Shown in pieces: positions 14,302 through 25,600 of a stretch of DNA of 36,975 bases. The notes below the pieces were generated by a model. The model was not told where the DNA came from and did not search any database. It saw nothing but the letters and a program-made list of their open reading frames with translations. Each line of letters begins with the position of its first letter. Within the stretch, counting starts at the first letter, position 1. The position numbers and the translations under genes were made by a program. Origin of the DNA: a virus (taxonomy: Duplodnaviria; Caudoviricetes); the IMG/VR virus record IMGVR_UViG_3300009506_000107, positions 1 through 36,975 of that record; one strand, 5' to 3'.

Positions 14302-14553
14302 ATGACGGATACGCAGAGGCAGGAGGGTGGTAACGGCGTGGTGCGTTGGCGCAGCCTGGATAGAGAGGGTTGTCAGTATGGAGTGCGGATGCTGGATCGT
14401 GTCGGGCATGTGGAGGGCAAGGTGGATGACATAGGGGAGGAGGTCAACGATCTCAAGCGCAAGATGGATCGGACATTTTGGGCGTTGGTGATGGCTGCGG
14501 TGGCGTTTGGAAGTGCGGCGTTGATGCTCGGTGTGCAGTTGGCTATGCAGTAG
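14302..14553 (+). CDS. Coiled-coil plus C-terminal TM protein (XhlA-like/holin-like topology, ~83 aa)
   Basis: The heptad VEGKVDDIGEEVNDLKRKMD is followed by TM FWALVMAAVAFGSAALMLGV. The ORF-track start at 14200 is really the -35 box. Confidence 0.6.
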   Translation: MTDTQRQEGGNGVVRWRSLDREGCQYGVRMLDRVGHVEGKVDDIGEEVNDLKRKMDRTFWALVMAAVAFGSAALMLGVQLAMQ

Positions 14554-14559
14554 GGAGGT

Positions 14560-14880
14560 ATGATGGCTGAGAAGTGGGCGCAGGATATGGAGTTGAAGGA
14601 AGGTGGGTTGAAGGGATGGGCGGCGGCGGATAGGCCGGCAAAGCGGCGGGCTGCGTTGCGCAAGTCGGTATCGGCGGATGGCTATGCTACAACCGTCCGG
14701 CGGTTGAATGTCCTGATTAATCTCGATAGTCCGCAGAAGGTGCAGCAGGCAGCTCGGGCGGATATGTCCTGGTTGAAGCGGACATATCGGGAGGAGGAGC
14801 AGAAGGGGCAGCGGGCGCCGGAGCAGCAGCAAGCGGCGCCGGAGATGGGGGGGGATACGTGGCGGACAAGACAGTTTTAG
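14560..14880 (+). CDS. Small basic hypothetical protein (106 aa)
   Basis: SD gggaggt before ATG. Motif RRAALRKSV...G...TVRRLNVL...D..WLK..Y. Confidence 0.7.
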   Translation: MMAEKWAQDMELKEGGLKGWAAADRPAKRRAALRKSVSADGYATTVRRLNVLINLDSPQKVQQAARADMSWLKRTYREEEQKGQRAPEQQQAAPEMGGDTWRTRQF

Positions 14881-15383
14881 AGCAGGATTTGCCAGTGGAG
14901 GCGTTGTTGTATTTGGATGTGTTGGGTATGCCTCTGACGGCGGCGGGCAAGCGGATGACGTATGTTGCGGCGGCAAAGTCGGCGGGGGTGTCCTACTCGA
15001 ATGTATGGAGTTGGCGGCAGAAGTATGCCGGCTTTGCGGAGATGGAGCAGCGGGCGCGGACGGGGCGCCGGGAGTCTACGGGGCGGAAGTTGGCGCGGCA
15101 GTATGTCAATGCGTTGGTGGGTCCAGCGGGGCGGTCGGTGTTGCGTGAACTTGAGGCGGAGGATGGCGATGCTCGGCTTGCGTGGGATGTGCTGAAAACA
15201 GCGGCGGGGATTGCGGATGTGCATGAGGTGCGCGGATCCGTGACGTATACGGCGGAGCAGTTGGCGGAGGACAGGGAGCGGGCAGCGCAGGAATTGGAGG
15301 AGTGGGAACGTGAGCAGGGTATGGGCGATATGGCAGGAGCGGGCGAATCTCCTCCCGGTGTCCCGGCAGCGGGTGGAGTTTGA
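14859..15383 (+). CDS. terS: Terminase small subunit (HTH) candidate (174 aa)
   Basis: HTH YVAAAKSAGVSYSNVWSWRQK..GF, located directly upstream of and overlapping TerL. Confidence 0.7.
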   Translation: MADKTVLEQDLPVEALLYLDVLGMPLTAAGKRMTYVAAAKSAGVSYSNVWSWRQKYAGFAEMEQRARTGRRESTGRKLARQYVNALVGPAGRSVLRELEAEDGDARLAWDVLKTAAGIADVHEVRGSVTYTAEQLAEDRERAAQELEEWEREQGMGDMAGAGESPPGVPAAGGV

Positions 15384-16821
15384 GAAGTGTGCGCGGAGTC
15401 CGGCTTATTTCATAGACCGGTATTGCTGGGGCAAGGATGAGCGGACGGGGGATGTATGGCGCTTCCGGATGTGGCCGGCGCAATCCTGGCTCTTGTCGGT
15501 GGTGATGGGGAGTCCGTTGCTTTGTATTCTCAAGGCAAGGCAGCTTGGTATTACGTGGTTGGCGGTGGCCTATGGGGTCTGGTTGGTGGCGTTTCATGCT
15601 AACCGGTATGTGCTGTTATTCTCGCATCGGCAGGAGGATGCTAAGGAGCTGTTGGGGCGGGCGGTGTTCGTGCTAGAGCATTTGCCTGTGTGGTTGCAAC
15701 CTGCGGTGGCAACGGATAATGCGTTGATGATGGAGACGGAGCGGGGGTCGCGGTTGCAGGCTTTTCCTACAACCGGATCGGAGGGGCGGACGTATGCTGC
15801 ATCCCTGGCTATTGTGGATGAGGCGGGGACGGTGCGCAACCTACTTGATTTGATTACTGCGTTGGAGCCGGTGGTGGAGGGGGGCGGGCGGTTGGTGGTG
15901 TTGGGTACGGCGCGGGGTATTGGCGGGTTCTGGACATTGGTACAACGGATTCGGACGGGGATACTTGGGGGATGGCGCTTCGTCTTTCTTCCCTGGATGA
16001 GTAGGCCGGATCGTGGTGCTGGTTGGAGGGAGGAGCAGCGGGAGCGCTTTACTGAGGAGTGGCGTCTTTATCAGGAGTTTCCGGAGTCGGTGGAGGAGGC
16101 GTTTCAGCTCGGCGGTCGTCCGCGTTTTGATAGGGATAGGGTCAAGCGGTTGTCTTTGCGGGTTCGGCGTCCGCTGCCGGCTGCGGCGGTATTGGCGCGG
16201 GAGGAGATGCCGGAGGAGCCGTTGCTGCGGCAGGCTTTGGTGGATGGGCAGTTGCGGATCTGGCGCCGGCCAAAGGGGGGGCATGTGTATATCCTGCCGG
16301 CTGATACTGCGGAGGGGCTGCCGGGGCTTGATCAGTGTGCGGCTATGGTGTTGGATGCGCGGACGGGTGTTGCGGTGGCGGAGTTGGCGGGGTGGTGGGA
16401 GGATCATAAGTTTGCGCGGATTCTAGCGGCGTTGGGTGTGTGGTATCATCGGGCGTTGCTGGCTGTGGAGCGGAATAATACCGGTGTTTCCGTGCTTAAT
16501 TCGCTTGTCAATGTGGAACGGTATTGGAATTTGTATCAGGCAAGTGAGCCGGGGCAAAGTCCGGGGGGGCGGTTTGGTTGGATTACCACAACGCGGACAA
16601 AGCCGCTGATGTATGATGCGTTGGATAGGGCGTTGCATGATGATGGGCGGCGGTGGTATTCGGAGCAGTTGTTGATGGAAGCGTTGTTATGCCAGCGGCG
16701 GGATGATGGGACAGTGGGGGCGCCGGAGGTAGAGGGTGCGCATGACGATCTCCTTACTGCGTATTGCATTGGGGAGGCGGTGTGGCAGGAGCAGGGGTAT
16801 ATGTATCGTGGGGGAGCGTGA
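15310..16821 (+). CDS. terL: Terminase large subunit (503 aa)
   Basis: Walker A ILKARQLGITW, Walker B LAIVDEAG, coupling motif LGTARG, and nuclease acidic motifs ADTAEG, VERNNTG and HDDLL. SD ggaggag lies 7 nt before GTG. Confidence 0.95.
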   Translation: MSRVWAIWQERANLLPVSRQRVEFEKCARSPAYFIDRYCWGKDERTGDVWRFRMWPAQSWLLSVVMGSPLLCILKARQLGITWLAVAYGVWLVAFHANRYVLLFSHRQEDAKELLGRAVFVLEHLPVWLQPAVATDNALMMETERGSRLQAFPTTGSEGRTYAASLAIVDEAGTVRNLLDLITALEPVVEGGGRLVVLGTARGIGGFWTLVQRIRTGILGGWRFVFLPWMSRPDRGAGWREEQRERFTEEWRLYQEFPESVEEAFQLGGRPRFDRDRVKRLSLRVRRPLPAAAVLAREEMPEEPLLRQALVDGQLRIWRRPKGGHVYILPADTAEGLPGLDQCAAMVLDARTGVAVAELAGWWEDHKFARILAALGVWYHRALLAVERNNTGVSVLNSLVNVERYWNLYQASEPGQSPGGRFGWITTTRTKPLMYDALDRALHDDGRRWYSEQLLMEALLCQRRDDGTVGAPEVEGAHDDLLTAYCIGEAVWQEQGYMYRGGA

Positions 16822-18773
16822 TTATGGAAACGGTTAATCCTGGGGCATGGGCTGACCATGTGCGGCAGGCGTGGGAGATAGCGGATGAGTTGGAAAAGAG
16901 GTACAATCCGCGGGATGTGAAGTGGCGGCGGCTAGATGGGCTATATTTCAATGATGAGGATCCGGGTGGGGCGTCTGAGCCTACGCATCTGGATCCTCTT
17001 GGCTTGGTGAGTACGCGGGGCAATCGGGAGCGGGTGGACTTGGCGAATCGCAAGGCAGCTCGGGAGCTAGAGTTGGGCGTCAATATGGTATCGGCATTGG
17101 AGCCGGTGGTGATGGTGCCGGCTGCGTCTCCGGATGAGGAGGCGTTGCGGGATGCGGAGGAGCGGGAGAAGTGGTTGAACGCATTTTGGGAGGCGAGTGA
17201 GCGGGAGGCGCGTAAAAGTCTGCTAACCCGGATGGCATGGCAGGGGTTTCAGCGGGGTATGGTGGTGGCTCGGGTGATATTTCGGTTGGATCGTTTGGTG
17301 CATCGGGGGACCGGGGAGGAGGCGGAGGAGCGTCCGTATGCGCCGGATGAGATGCCAAGCCGGAGAGTGGCGGAGTATGAGCAGGGGGACTTGCTGCCGG
17401 TGCAGGTGCAGGTGCGGGATCCTCTGAGTGTGTGGCCGGAGTGGAATGAGGATGGTTTGGTGTGTGTGGTGGAGACATTGGAGCGGCGGGTGCGGGATGT
17501 GCGGCGCAGGCATGGGGATGAGGCGTTGCCGGGGCGTGGCGGGGCGGAGGTGGTGGAGTGGCGGGAGTATTGGGATGATGAGCGGTGGATAGGATGGGCG
17601 GATGGGGTCTTGGTGGTGGATGAGGAGCATGGGATCGGAGCGGTGCCGTATGCTATTGAGATGCCGATTTCTGCGGAGTCGGGGCAACCTGAGCGGGAGG
17701 TGCGTCCGTTCTTGGAGCAGGCGGAGGGGATTGCGGCGCGGATTAATCGGATTCTCAGTATTCAGGAGACTACGGCGGTCCAGTATAATAACGATGCGTT
17801 AGCGGTGACGGGGGATGTAACGCATGGGCCGGGGCGGGAGCAGGGTATCAGTCTCCGTCCATTTGAGGTCAATTATCTACGTCCGGGGTCAACGCTTCAA
17901 TGGATTCGGCGGAGTGGTGGGAGTCCTCCGGATACAACGCAGCTCTTGCAGTTGTATTTGCAGGAGTGGGAGCGGGCAACCTGGCCGGCGGAGATGCACG
18001 GTATGGAGCGGATGGCGCGGAGTGGGTATGCGTGGGGGTTGCTTACGGAGTCGGGGCGGATCCGGTTGGTGCCGGTGATAGAGGCTATTCAGGATGTGAT
18101 GGAGCGGGCGGATGAGTTGGTGATGCGGGTATTGGAGCGGGAGCTAGGGCAGTTGGTTGGGGGCTGGGTGCATTTGGATGTAGTGGAGGTTGCGGATAGG
18201 GATGGGCGGGAGGTGCGGACTCGGCGGCGGGTGACGATTGATACGCAGGCGATTGAGGGGGATTATGCCTCTCAGGTGACGTTGGGGCAACCTGCGACGG
18301 CGGATAAGATGCAGCGGGCGTTGATGGGGGAGCGGTTGGCTAAGGGTGGGTTGCTCTCCCGGCGGACGGTGGCGGAGGAATATTTGGGGGTGAGTTCGTG
18401 GGCGGAGGAGCGGGAGCGGTTGGCTCGGGAGCAGGCGGAGCAGGATCCGGTGATGGTGCAGGCTCGGGCGGCGTTGTATCGGGTGGAGGCGTTGCGGCAG
18501 TTGCGGAAGGACTTGGAGGATATGGAGTTGGATGAGGAGGAGATGGCGTTGGTGATGACGCAATTGCAGCAGGTGGGGATGAGTCAGAAGCAAGCGCCGG
18601 CGCCTCCTCCTATGGGTCCGGGGATGGCGATGGGTCCGGGTGGGTTCCCTGCGGAGGCCGGTGGAGCGTATGGGATGCCGGGGGAGGAGCAGTTGGCGAT
18701 GGGTCCGGGCATGGGTCCGGGTCTTGAGCAGGAGATGGGGTGGCCGGGGATGATGCCGGGGGGATATAGATAG
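16818..18773 (+). CDS. Portal protein (~650 aa) with a Pro/Gly/Met-rich C-terminal tail
   Basis: It follows TerL (GTGA overlap). VRDPLSVWP, EHGIGAVPY, SGYA and GLLSRRTVAEEYLGV...EERERL are portal-like, and the size fits. Confidence 0.8.
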   Translation: MIMETVNPGAWADHVRQAWEIADELEKRYNPRDVKWRRLDGLYFNDEDPGGASEPTHLDPLGLVSTRGNRERVDLANRKAARELELGVNMVSALEPVVMVPAASPDEEALRDAEEREKWLNAFWEASEREARKSLLTRMAWQGFQRGMVVARVIFRLDRLVHRGTGEEAEERPYAPDEMPSRRVAEYEQGDLLPVQVQVRDPLSVWPEWNEDGLVCVVETLERRVRDVRRRHGDEALPGRGGAEVVEWREYWDDERWIGWADGVLVVDEEHGIGAVPYAIEMPISAESGQPEREVRPFLEQAEGIAARINRILSIQETTAVQYNNDALAVTGDVTHGPGREQGISLRPFEVNYLRPGSTLQWIRRSGGSPPDTTQLLQLYLQEWERATWPAEMHGMERMARSGYAWGLLTESGRIRLVPVIEAIQDVMERADELVMRVLERELGQLVGGWVHLDVVEVADRDGREVRTRRRVTIDTQAIEGDYASQVTLGQPATADKMQRALMGERLAKGGLLSRRTVAEEYLGVSSWAEERERLAREQAEQDPVMVQARAALYRVEALRQLRKDLEDMELDEEEMALVMTQLQQVGMSQKQAPAPPPMGPGMAMGPGGFPAEAGGAYGMPGEEQLAMGPGMGPGLEQEMGWPGMMPGGYR

Positions 18774-18781
18774 GGGAGGAT

Positions 18782-19633
18782 GTGATGGCGATACAATGGA
18801 GAAGGGGACCGTATCAGGTGCCGGAGGGGTATACGCCGGGGATTGGGTGGAGGCGGCAGGGGAATTTGACGGGGCGATATAGACCGCAGGCGGCAGCGGC
18901 GCCGGGGTATGTTTCGGAGGCGGGGCGGGGGTATCGGCAGGCGCAGCGGACGCCGGCAAGCTGGGGGCGGATGCCGTCTTGGTATACGGGTGGGGCAACC
19001 GGTTATGCGCCGGCGGGTGTTGCGTCTGTTGCTGCGCCTCCAAGTGTACCGGCGGGCGTTGGGTATCCTCCTCAGCAGATCGTGTCTGTGGCTCCTCCGG
19101 CGCAACCTACTGGCGGCGGTTTCAATCCGCTTCCTCTGATTGGGGAGGTGGTGCAGAAGGTACAACCGTATTATGGGTTGTATAAGAACGCAGCTCAAGC
19201 GGCAGCGGAGGGGGGATTGGTTGGTGGTCCTGGCTCTGCTCCGGGTGGTGCTGCGGGAGCTGGGGCAGGTGTGGGGGCGCAGTATGAGCCGGCGCCGCGT
19301 GGGGTTCCTGCGGGTTGGTATCGGCAGTTTCAGCAGGAGCATGGTGAGACGCCGGAGCAGTTCTATGGGCGGACGGGGGAGGGGTTGGATGAGGCGTGGG
19401 CTGATAAACAATTTGGGGATGAGTTTTATCGGCAGTATGGGCGGGCGCCTAATGAGCAGGAGTGGGAGGAGAATTGGTATCAGACGCGGCGCGGGCATGG
19501 CCGTCCGGTGTTCTCTCCGGAGCAGTGGGCGCAGTTGCGCAAGTTGCGAAAGCCGGCAAGGTATAAGGCGCCGGAGCAGGTGGCGCCGCGTATCATTCCG
19601 AATCCGGTAAGATGGCGAACTTGGGGAGGGTAG
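18782..19633 (+). CDS. Low-complexity Gly/Pro/Ala-rich protein, candidate internal (ejected) virion protein (283 aa)
   Basis: SD ggagga, disordered composition, and position directly before the giant protein. Confidence 0.55.
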   Translation: MMAIQWRRGPYQVPEGYTPGIGWRRQGNLTGRYRPQAAAAPGYVSEAGRGYRQAQRTPASWGRMPSWYTGGATGYAPAGVASVAAPPSVPAGVGYPPQQIVSVAPPAQPTGGGFNPLPLIGEVVQKVQPYYGLYKNAAQAAAEGGLVGGPGSAPGGAAGAGAGVGAQYEPAPRGVPAGWYRQFQQEHGETPEQFYGRTGEGLDEAWADKQFGDEFYRQYGRAPNEQEWEENWYQTRRGHGRPVFSPEQWAQLRKLRKPARYKAPEQVAPRIIPNPVRWRTWGG

Positions 19634-19636
19634 TGC

Positions 19637-22600
19637 GTGGCTAGTCTATGGGGGACTCGGGGCGGCTTGGGTGCGTTGTTTGCGCCTCCGGAGGAGCAGG
19701 AGGAGCGGGAGCCTTGGCGTCCGTTTGGCCGTCCCTGGTGGACGGAGTTGAATGAGGGGGATTGGCGGGCGGAGCTGCCGGCATGGTTGCAGGGGGTGGG
19801 GGATTGGGCGTATCTTACAACGCAGGATATTGGGGAGCAGGTGGGGCGATGGTGGGAGAAGCCGGTGGAGCGGGAGGCGCGGCCTGCGATAGAAAAGGCG
19901 GAGGCTGTGCAGGGTGCGGGGGATCTCCTTAGCGGGCTAGAGCAGGGGTATCAGAGTTGGGTGGAGTCGTGGTATCCTGAGTGGTTGTCTCAGTTGGTGA
20001 CGCGGCAGGAGGAGGCGGTGGCGCCATATTGGGACATAGGGGATCTTGAGGAGCAAAGTAGGGAGGCGGCGAGTACGGCGTTAGCGGAGGCGAATTATCT
20101 AACGCGGCAGTGGGAGGAGCGGGCAGGGCGGGAGACGGTGCCAGGGGCGTTGTTGACGGGTGCGGAGCAGGTGGGTGGTGGGGTGCTGGGTGTGTTGGAG
20201 CAGGTGGGCAAGGTGCCAAAGCGGATCTATGGGGGGGCGGTGACGGCGGCGCATCCGGAGGCGGATGAGATGGAGGTGGAGGAGTGGTATCCTCTGTCTA
20301 TGATTGCATCGTCCCTGGGGTATCGGCAGCTTACCGATAGGAATATATGGCAGGAGTCGATCCTGGATCCGGAGTCTGTGATGGGGCAGGCTTTGCAACG
20401 GGTGAAGGGGGGAGAAGCGGCGGAGGCGGTGGCGGCGGAGTTGGAGCTGCCTATGGTCGAGATGGCTGTGGAGGCAGCAACGGATCCGCTTAATTTTATA
20501 GAGTTCGTGGCGCCGGGGCATGTGCGGCGGTTGGCGGGGGCGATCTCGGGTGCGGAGGCGGAGGTGGGTGCGGGTTCGGCGCGGATGGTGAGCCGGTTGG
20601 ATAGGGTCTTGGATGTGAGCCGGCAGGCTGATCGGGCGACTCGTCCGGCGCAGGATGTGGGGCGGGTGGAGCAGTTGGTGGGGAAGTGGGATGATTTTAA
20701 GAAGCTAATTAATCCGTTTGAGTTTACGGCGGAGAGTAAGGCGAATCTGGCTAATGCTGAGACGTTTGAGATTGTAAGCAACCTATTGGCGGATGCGGAT
20801 ACGGCGGAGGAGGCGGCTACGCGGCTGACATTCTTTCGCACGAATCCGGGTGAAGCGGCAAAGGTGTATGGCAGGGTCTTGGATTCGGCGGCGGGTAGGC
20901 GGACGGCGGCGACGTTGCGGGATTTGGATTTGGATGCGGTGGAGTGGTTGGCGCCTGGACGCCAGTTTTCTCCGGCGGCGGTGGCTATGGAGCTGCATGA
21001 TATGGCGCGGCCTGTGTTGGAGGCTCGGTATGGGGTCCAGCCGGCAACGGGGTATCGCAAGTTTGCCAAGGGGTTCAAGTCTTTTATGTCGCAGTTCTAT
21101 ATGAACCTTAATCCTGGCTATGCGATTCGTAACGCTTTGAATAATGCCGTGACGTTGGCGTGGGATGGGTTGGGTGGCCTGGACCGTCCGGAGGATTTGC
21201 AGCGGTATTTGGATGAGGTGGCGGTGCTGCCGGCGCGGTTGCAAATGAACAGGGGCGGGGCGGTTGCGGAGTTGGCGGGGGATTATCAGCTTCCGGGTGT
21301 ATTGGGTAAACTTTCGGAGCGGGGTGGGAGACTCGCAAGGGAAAGTATGATCGGGGAGGAGGCGTTTTATAAGAGGGGATTCGGCAACGCTTTGCGTAAG
21401 ACTCTCGGGGAGGTGTGGCATAGTGGGCGGCGTGTCCCTGCTCCTCCGGCGGAGGTGTATCAGGCTCTTGGTCCGGAGGGTGTGGCGGACTTGGTTGCTG
21501 CGGTGGCGTCCGGTCGGAATGAACAGCAGATTATTGAGCGGGCTATGCGGGCGGTTAATCCGCAGGGTCCGGGGGATATTGTTGGGTTTGTTTTGCGATA
21601 TGTGCCGGATGAGGTATTGGAAGCGGTGACGCCGGGGATGGTTCTTGAGTTGGAGCAGCGGGTGATGGCTGCGGGTAGTCGGGAGGAGGCTGCGGCAGCA
21701 TTTGCGGATATGCGCCGGCAGGTGATGCAGTATGGGGATGCGGTGTTGCGGCGGGAGCTGTTGGATCCGGCAAGGGCGCGGTTTAGTGAGGCGGAGGATG
21801 CGGAGACGTTGGCGGGATTGGTCGATTCGTTGGTGGAGGATGCGCGGTTATTCGGTGTTACCGATGAGACGGCGTTGGAGTATATCAGGCAGTTGGAGAT
21901 GCGGTGGGCGCAGCGGGAGCAGGAGGTGGAGGCTGCGGCTACAATGTTGGTGGAGGAGGCGGGTGCGGTGCGGGAGGCTGCGGCGCAGGGTGGCAAGCCG
22001 GAGGTGGGGCGGGCTGCGGCGGAGGTATGTTACGGGGCGAATAGGCGGGTAGCGGATTTGATGGAGGATACGCGGCGGGTTGTGGATACTGCTCGGCGGG
22101 AGGCGTGGGCGGCAGTGGAGGCGAATCCGGGGGCGGCGGATAAGATTTGGAGCAAGTATTTTGACTTGGCGGATAGGGCCTGGGAGCAGAACTTTACTGA
22201 TAGGATTGCGGTGATTACGGATGGCCGGGGGGATTTGGAGCGGTTGGCGGCGGGGGTGGATCCTGCGGATGTAGTGCCGGCTTCGGTGCGTGATATGGTG
22301 GAGGATAGGATCCGGCGGCAGGTGGATTTGGAGGCTCGGGCGGGGCGGGAGTTGGAGGGGGAAACTGGGTTTGATTTGAAGTTGGATACCCTGCGGGCGC
22401 AGGTAGATCAGGCGGAGGAGGGGGCGTGGTCGGCTGCGTTTGCGTCTCCGGATAGGGATGCTCTTGACGTATTGGAGGATGCGGATAGGTATGTGCAGGC
22501 TGTGGCGCGGAAGTGGCGGGCGGAGCGGGAGGCGTTGCGCAACGAATTGTTGAATGACTTGGGGCGGGTGGGGTACAAGCGTAAGGGGATGACAAAAGAG

Positions 22601-25600
22601 CAGATTGCGGAGGTGGGGCGGAAGCGGGCTAAGGTGCGGTTGGAATATGGGACAAAACAGGATCAGCTTGCGGAGATGAGGTTCGGGCAGCAGCGCCGGC
22701 GGTGGCAGATTGCGGAGGAGGAGTTGCGGTATAAGTTGGCGGGTGGTGGGGTTCCTCCTTCGGAGCGTCCGGAGATTGTGGCGCCGGAGGTGTTTCGACG
22801 TGTGGCGCCTCCGGAGGGCATGGATCCGTTGGATGCGGCTATGTGGGAGGTAAATCAGATTCAGGATGAGATAGCGCAGGTCCGGCGGGATATGCAGCGG
22901 GGGGCTAGACCGTGGGATGCGCAGGTGTTGGGGCGGTTGCAGGAGGAGGCTAATACTGCGGCAGCTCGGGGATATGTGGAGTCTCGGCGGGCGTTGGGGG
23001 AATTGGCGGAGGCGGAGGCGGTCAAGGTTAGGCGGTTGGGGAAGGATGAGGAGGGGGCGTGGGCGTTAGACTATTGGCGGGGTGATGAGGTTATTGGGAC
23101 GGAGCGGTTTGACAGGTGGCAGGATTTGCAGCAGCGGCGGGAGATGTTTGAGCAGGCGGTGCCTTCGGAGGCGGCGATGCGGCGGGCGCAGGGGCAGAAG
23201 CGGGTGGTGGAGGAGGGACCGACTAGGTTTGAGCGCATGCGGGGGACTCGGGGGGAGATTGAGGAGGCGCGCAGGTGGGCAGCGGATGCGGTGGAGCAGG
23301 GGGCAACGGGGGCGCGTGTCCAGTGGGACCGGCAGGTGAAGGAGTGGGCGGTGGAGTTTGTGGATGACTCGGATCCGGATGCGCTGCGGGTGGTGAGCAA
23401 GTATATCCTGGGGCGTGATAAGAGTCGGGCGGAGCGGGCGGCTAATCTCGGTAAGGATGTGATAGAGGCGCGGGCTGCGGGGTTTGAGGCGGTGCGGCAG
23501 TGGCCGGAGCGGTATACTCGGGAGCGGTTTGCGGGTGATTTGCGGGATGTGTTTGGGTTGAAGGATGATGAGGCTCGGGCGGTGGAGGCGATTGCGGAGG
23601 CTCGGGCAAAGGCTTGGGCTGCGGCAACGGGGCGGGATCCTGCGGAGTGGTATGGGGAGCGGTTGGCGGGTATGGTGAAAGGTGGGGAGCCTGGTGCTGC
23701 GTATCTGCAACGGGGGCTACAACTAGAGTTGCCTGGATTCGGGGTGGTGGATGAGGTGATGGCGGAGGGGACGCCGGCTTTCCGGACGTGGTTTAAGGAT
23801 TCGGCTGCGGTGGATGAGTCGGGGAGTCCGATAGTGCTGTATCATGGGACGGAGGCGCCGGAGGAGTTTGCGGTGTTTCAAGCTGGGCCTCCTCTGGATG
23901 AGGCAACGGGGTATGAGCGGGTTTCGACAAGTGGGGATCCAACGGCTTACATGGGGGCGCATTTCGCGGAGGAGCCGGAGGTGGCGGGGTTGTTTGCGGG
24001 AGTGGGGGCGCGTCCGCGTTGGTTGACGGGGCGGGCGGTGGAGGAGTCGGGGATGGGGGGGCGCGTCTATCCGGTGTATCTCTCGGTGCAGAATCCTGCG
24101 GTGTATGAGCGGGAGGATGAGTTGATAGATTGGATTCTAAGCCTGGATATGGAGTCGTCGTATGAGGTGGAGTGGGCGGCGCAGGCGTATGAGGGAGGGG
24201 TGGATGCGTTCTGGAATGAGTATCAGTATCGGGATTTTCGGCGGACGGTACATGAGGAGATATTGCAGGAGTCGGCGGGGCGGGAAGATCCGGGGGCGTT
24301 TGCGCAGGAGTTGGGGGATGCGGCGCAGGCGGAGTTGGTGGAGCAGGGGTATGATGGCGTCAAGTATGGCAATCAAGTAGAGGGGGGGACAAGTTGGATT
24401 GCGTTTGAGCCGGAGCAGGTCAAGTCTGCGATTGCGAACGCCGGTAGCTATAACCCTGCGGATCCTAATATCCTTTTTCAGTTGGCGGGGCGGGAGGACT
24501 CGGATGCGTTTCGGCGGTGGTTTCAGCAAAGTGCGGCGAGTGATGGGTGGGGGGAGCCGTTGGTGCTGTATCATGGGACGCCGCGGACGTTTGAACAGTT
24601 CGATCCGTTGCGGGCAAATCCGGAAAGTCATTGGGGCGCCGGTATCTACCTGTCTGATAGTCCGGAGGATGTGGCAACCAACTATGCGGGGATGGGTCCG
24701 GATCTAACGAATCGGATTGAGTATCAGGCGGACCGTATATCAAGTGAGTTTGATTATGATCCGGAGCCGTATCTTGAGACGTTGGCGGAGCTGCGGGGGA
24801 CGGATGTTGATGAGTTGGAGGATTTGTATGAGGCGGGGGCGTTGGAGTTGGCGGAGGGGGAGGCGCAGGCGATTGCTAAGGCGCAGTTGATGGAGCATGG
24901 CGGGGCAACGATGCCGGTTTATGCGTCGTTGCAGCGTCCGTTTGTGGCGGATCCGTATGGGGGTGGCACTCGCCTTAGTATGGAGTGGCGGGCGGATCTG
25001 GATGATTTGGCGTATGAGATTGGGTATCGGGGTGTGGAGGAGTTGGATCGGGATGAGTTGGCGGAGGCGTTGGCGGACATTCGGGGAGGGGATGAGGATG
25101 AGATTTGGCAGGCGTTGTTGGATGAGGAGATAACGTTAACGGATGCGGAGGCGCAGGCGTTGGCGGAGTCCGGTAGATTTGATGGGGCGTTTGATGAGTA
25201 TGTGGAGTCTAATCCGGTGTTGGTGGATGATACGGGGCGGGAGATGGATTTGCAGGAGGCGTTGGAGGAGGCGGCGCATTTTCGCAATATTAATCTTGAG
25301 GATATAGTGGAGGGGGATTGGCCTACGGCGGAGCGGGTGATGGCGGAGTTGCAGGAGGCGTTGGGTTTTGAGTTCTACAACGTTTCGGCGGAGCAGTTTC
25401 GGGAGGCGGTGGCGGGGTTGGATAGTATTCAGTATCTTGCGGGTATTGTGGATGGTGAGCATAGGTTGCTTTCGCATCAGTTTGTCAATGAGATAGTGCG
25501 GGCGTTGGGGTATGATGGGATTGTGATGGATGCGGGGCGGGCGTTTCCCCGAATGGAGGAGGTGGAAGGGGTAACGCATTACATCCTGTTTGAGCCGGAG

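Noticed and set aside
15310-15383. Programmed frameshift fusing TerS and TerL (74-nt overlap)
   Set aside because: TerL has its own well-spaced SD and GTG start, and no slippery heptamer is evident in the overlap.
762-19637. TAG stop reassignment or read-through: several TAG-ended genes are in frame with the next gene (764/771, 1680/1696, 6752/6762, 7781/7791, 14553/14560, 19633/19637)
   Set aside because: About 6 of 14 TAG junctions are in frame, close to chance. Downstream genes have their own purine-rich SD-like sequence and start codon, long genes including the 3956-aa ORF have no internal TAG, and no suppressor tRNA is visible.
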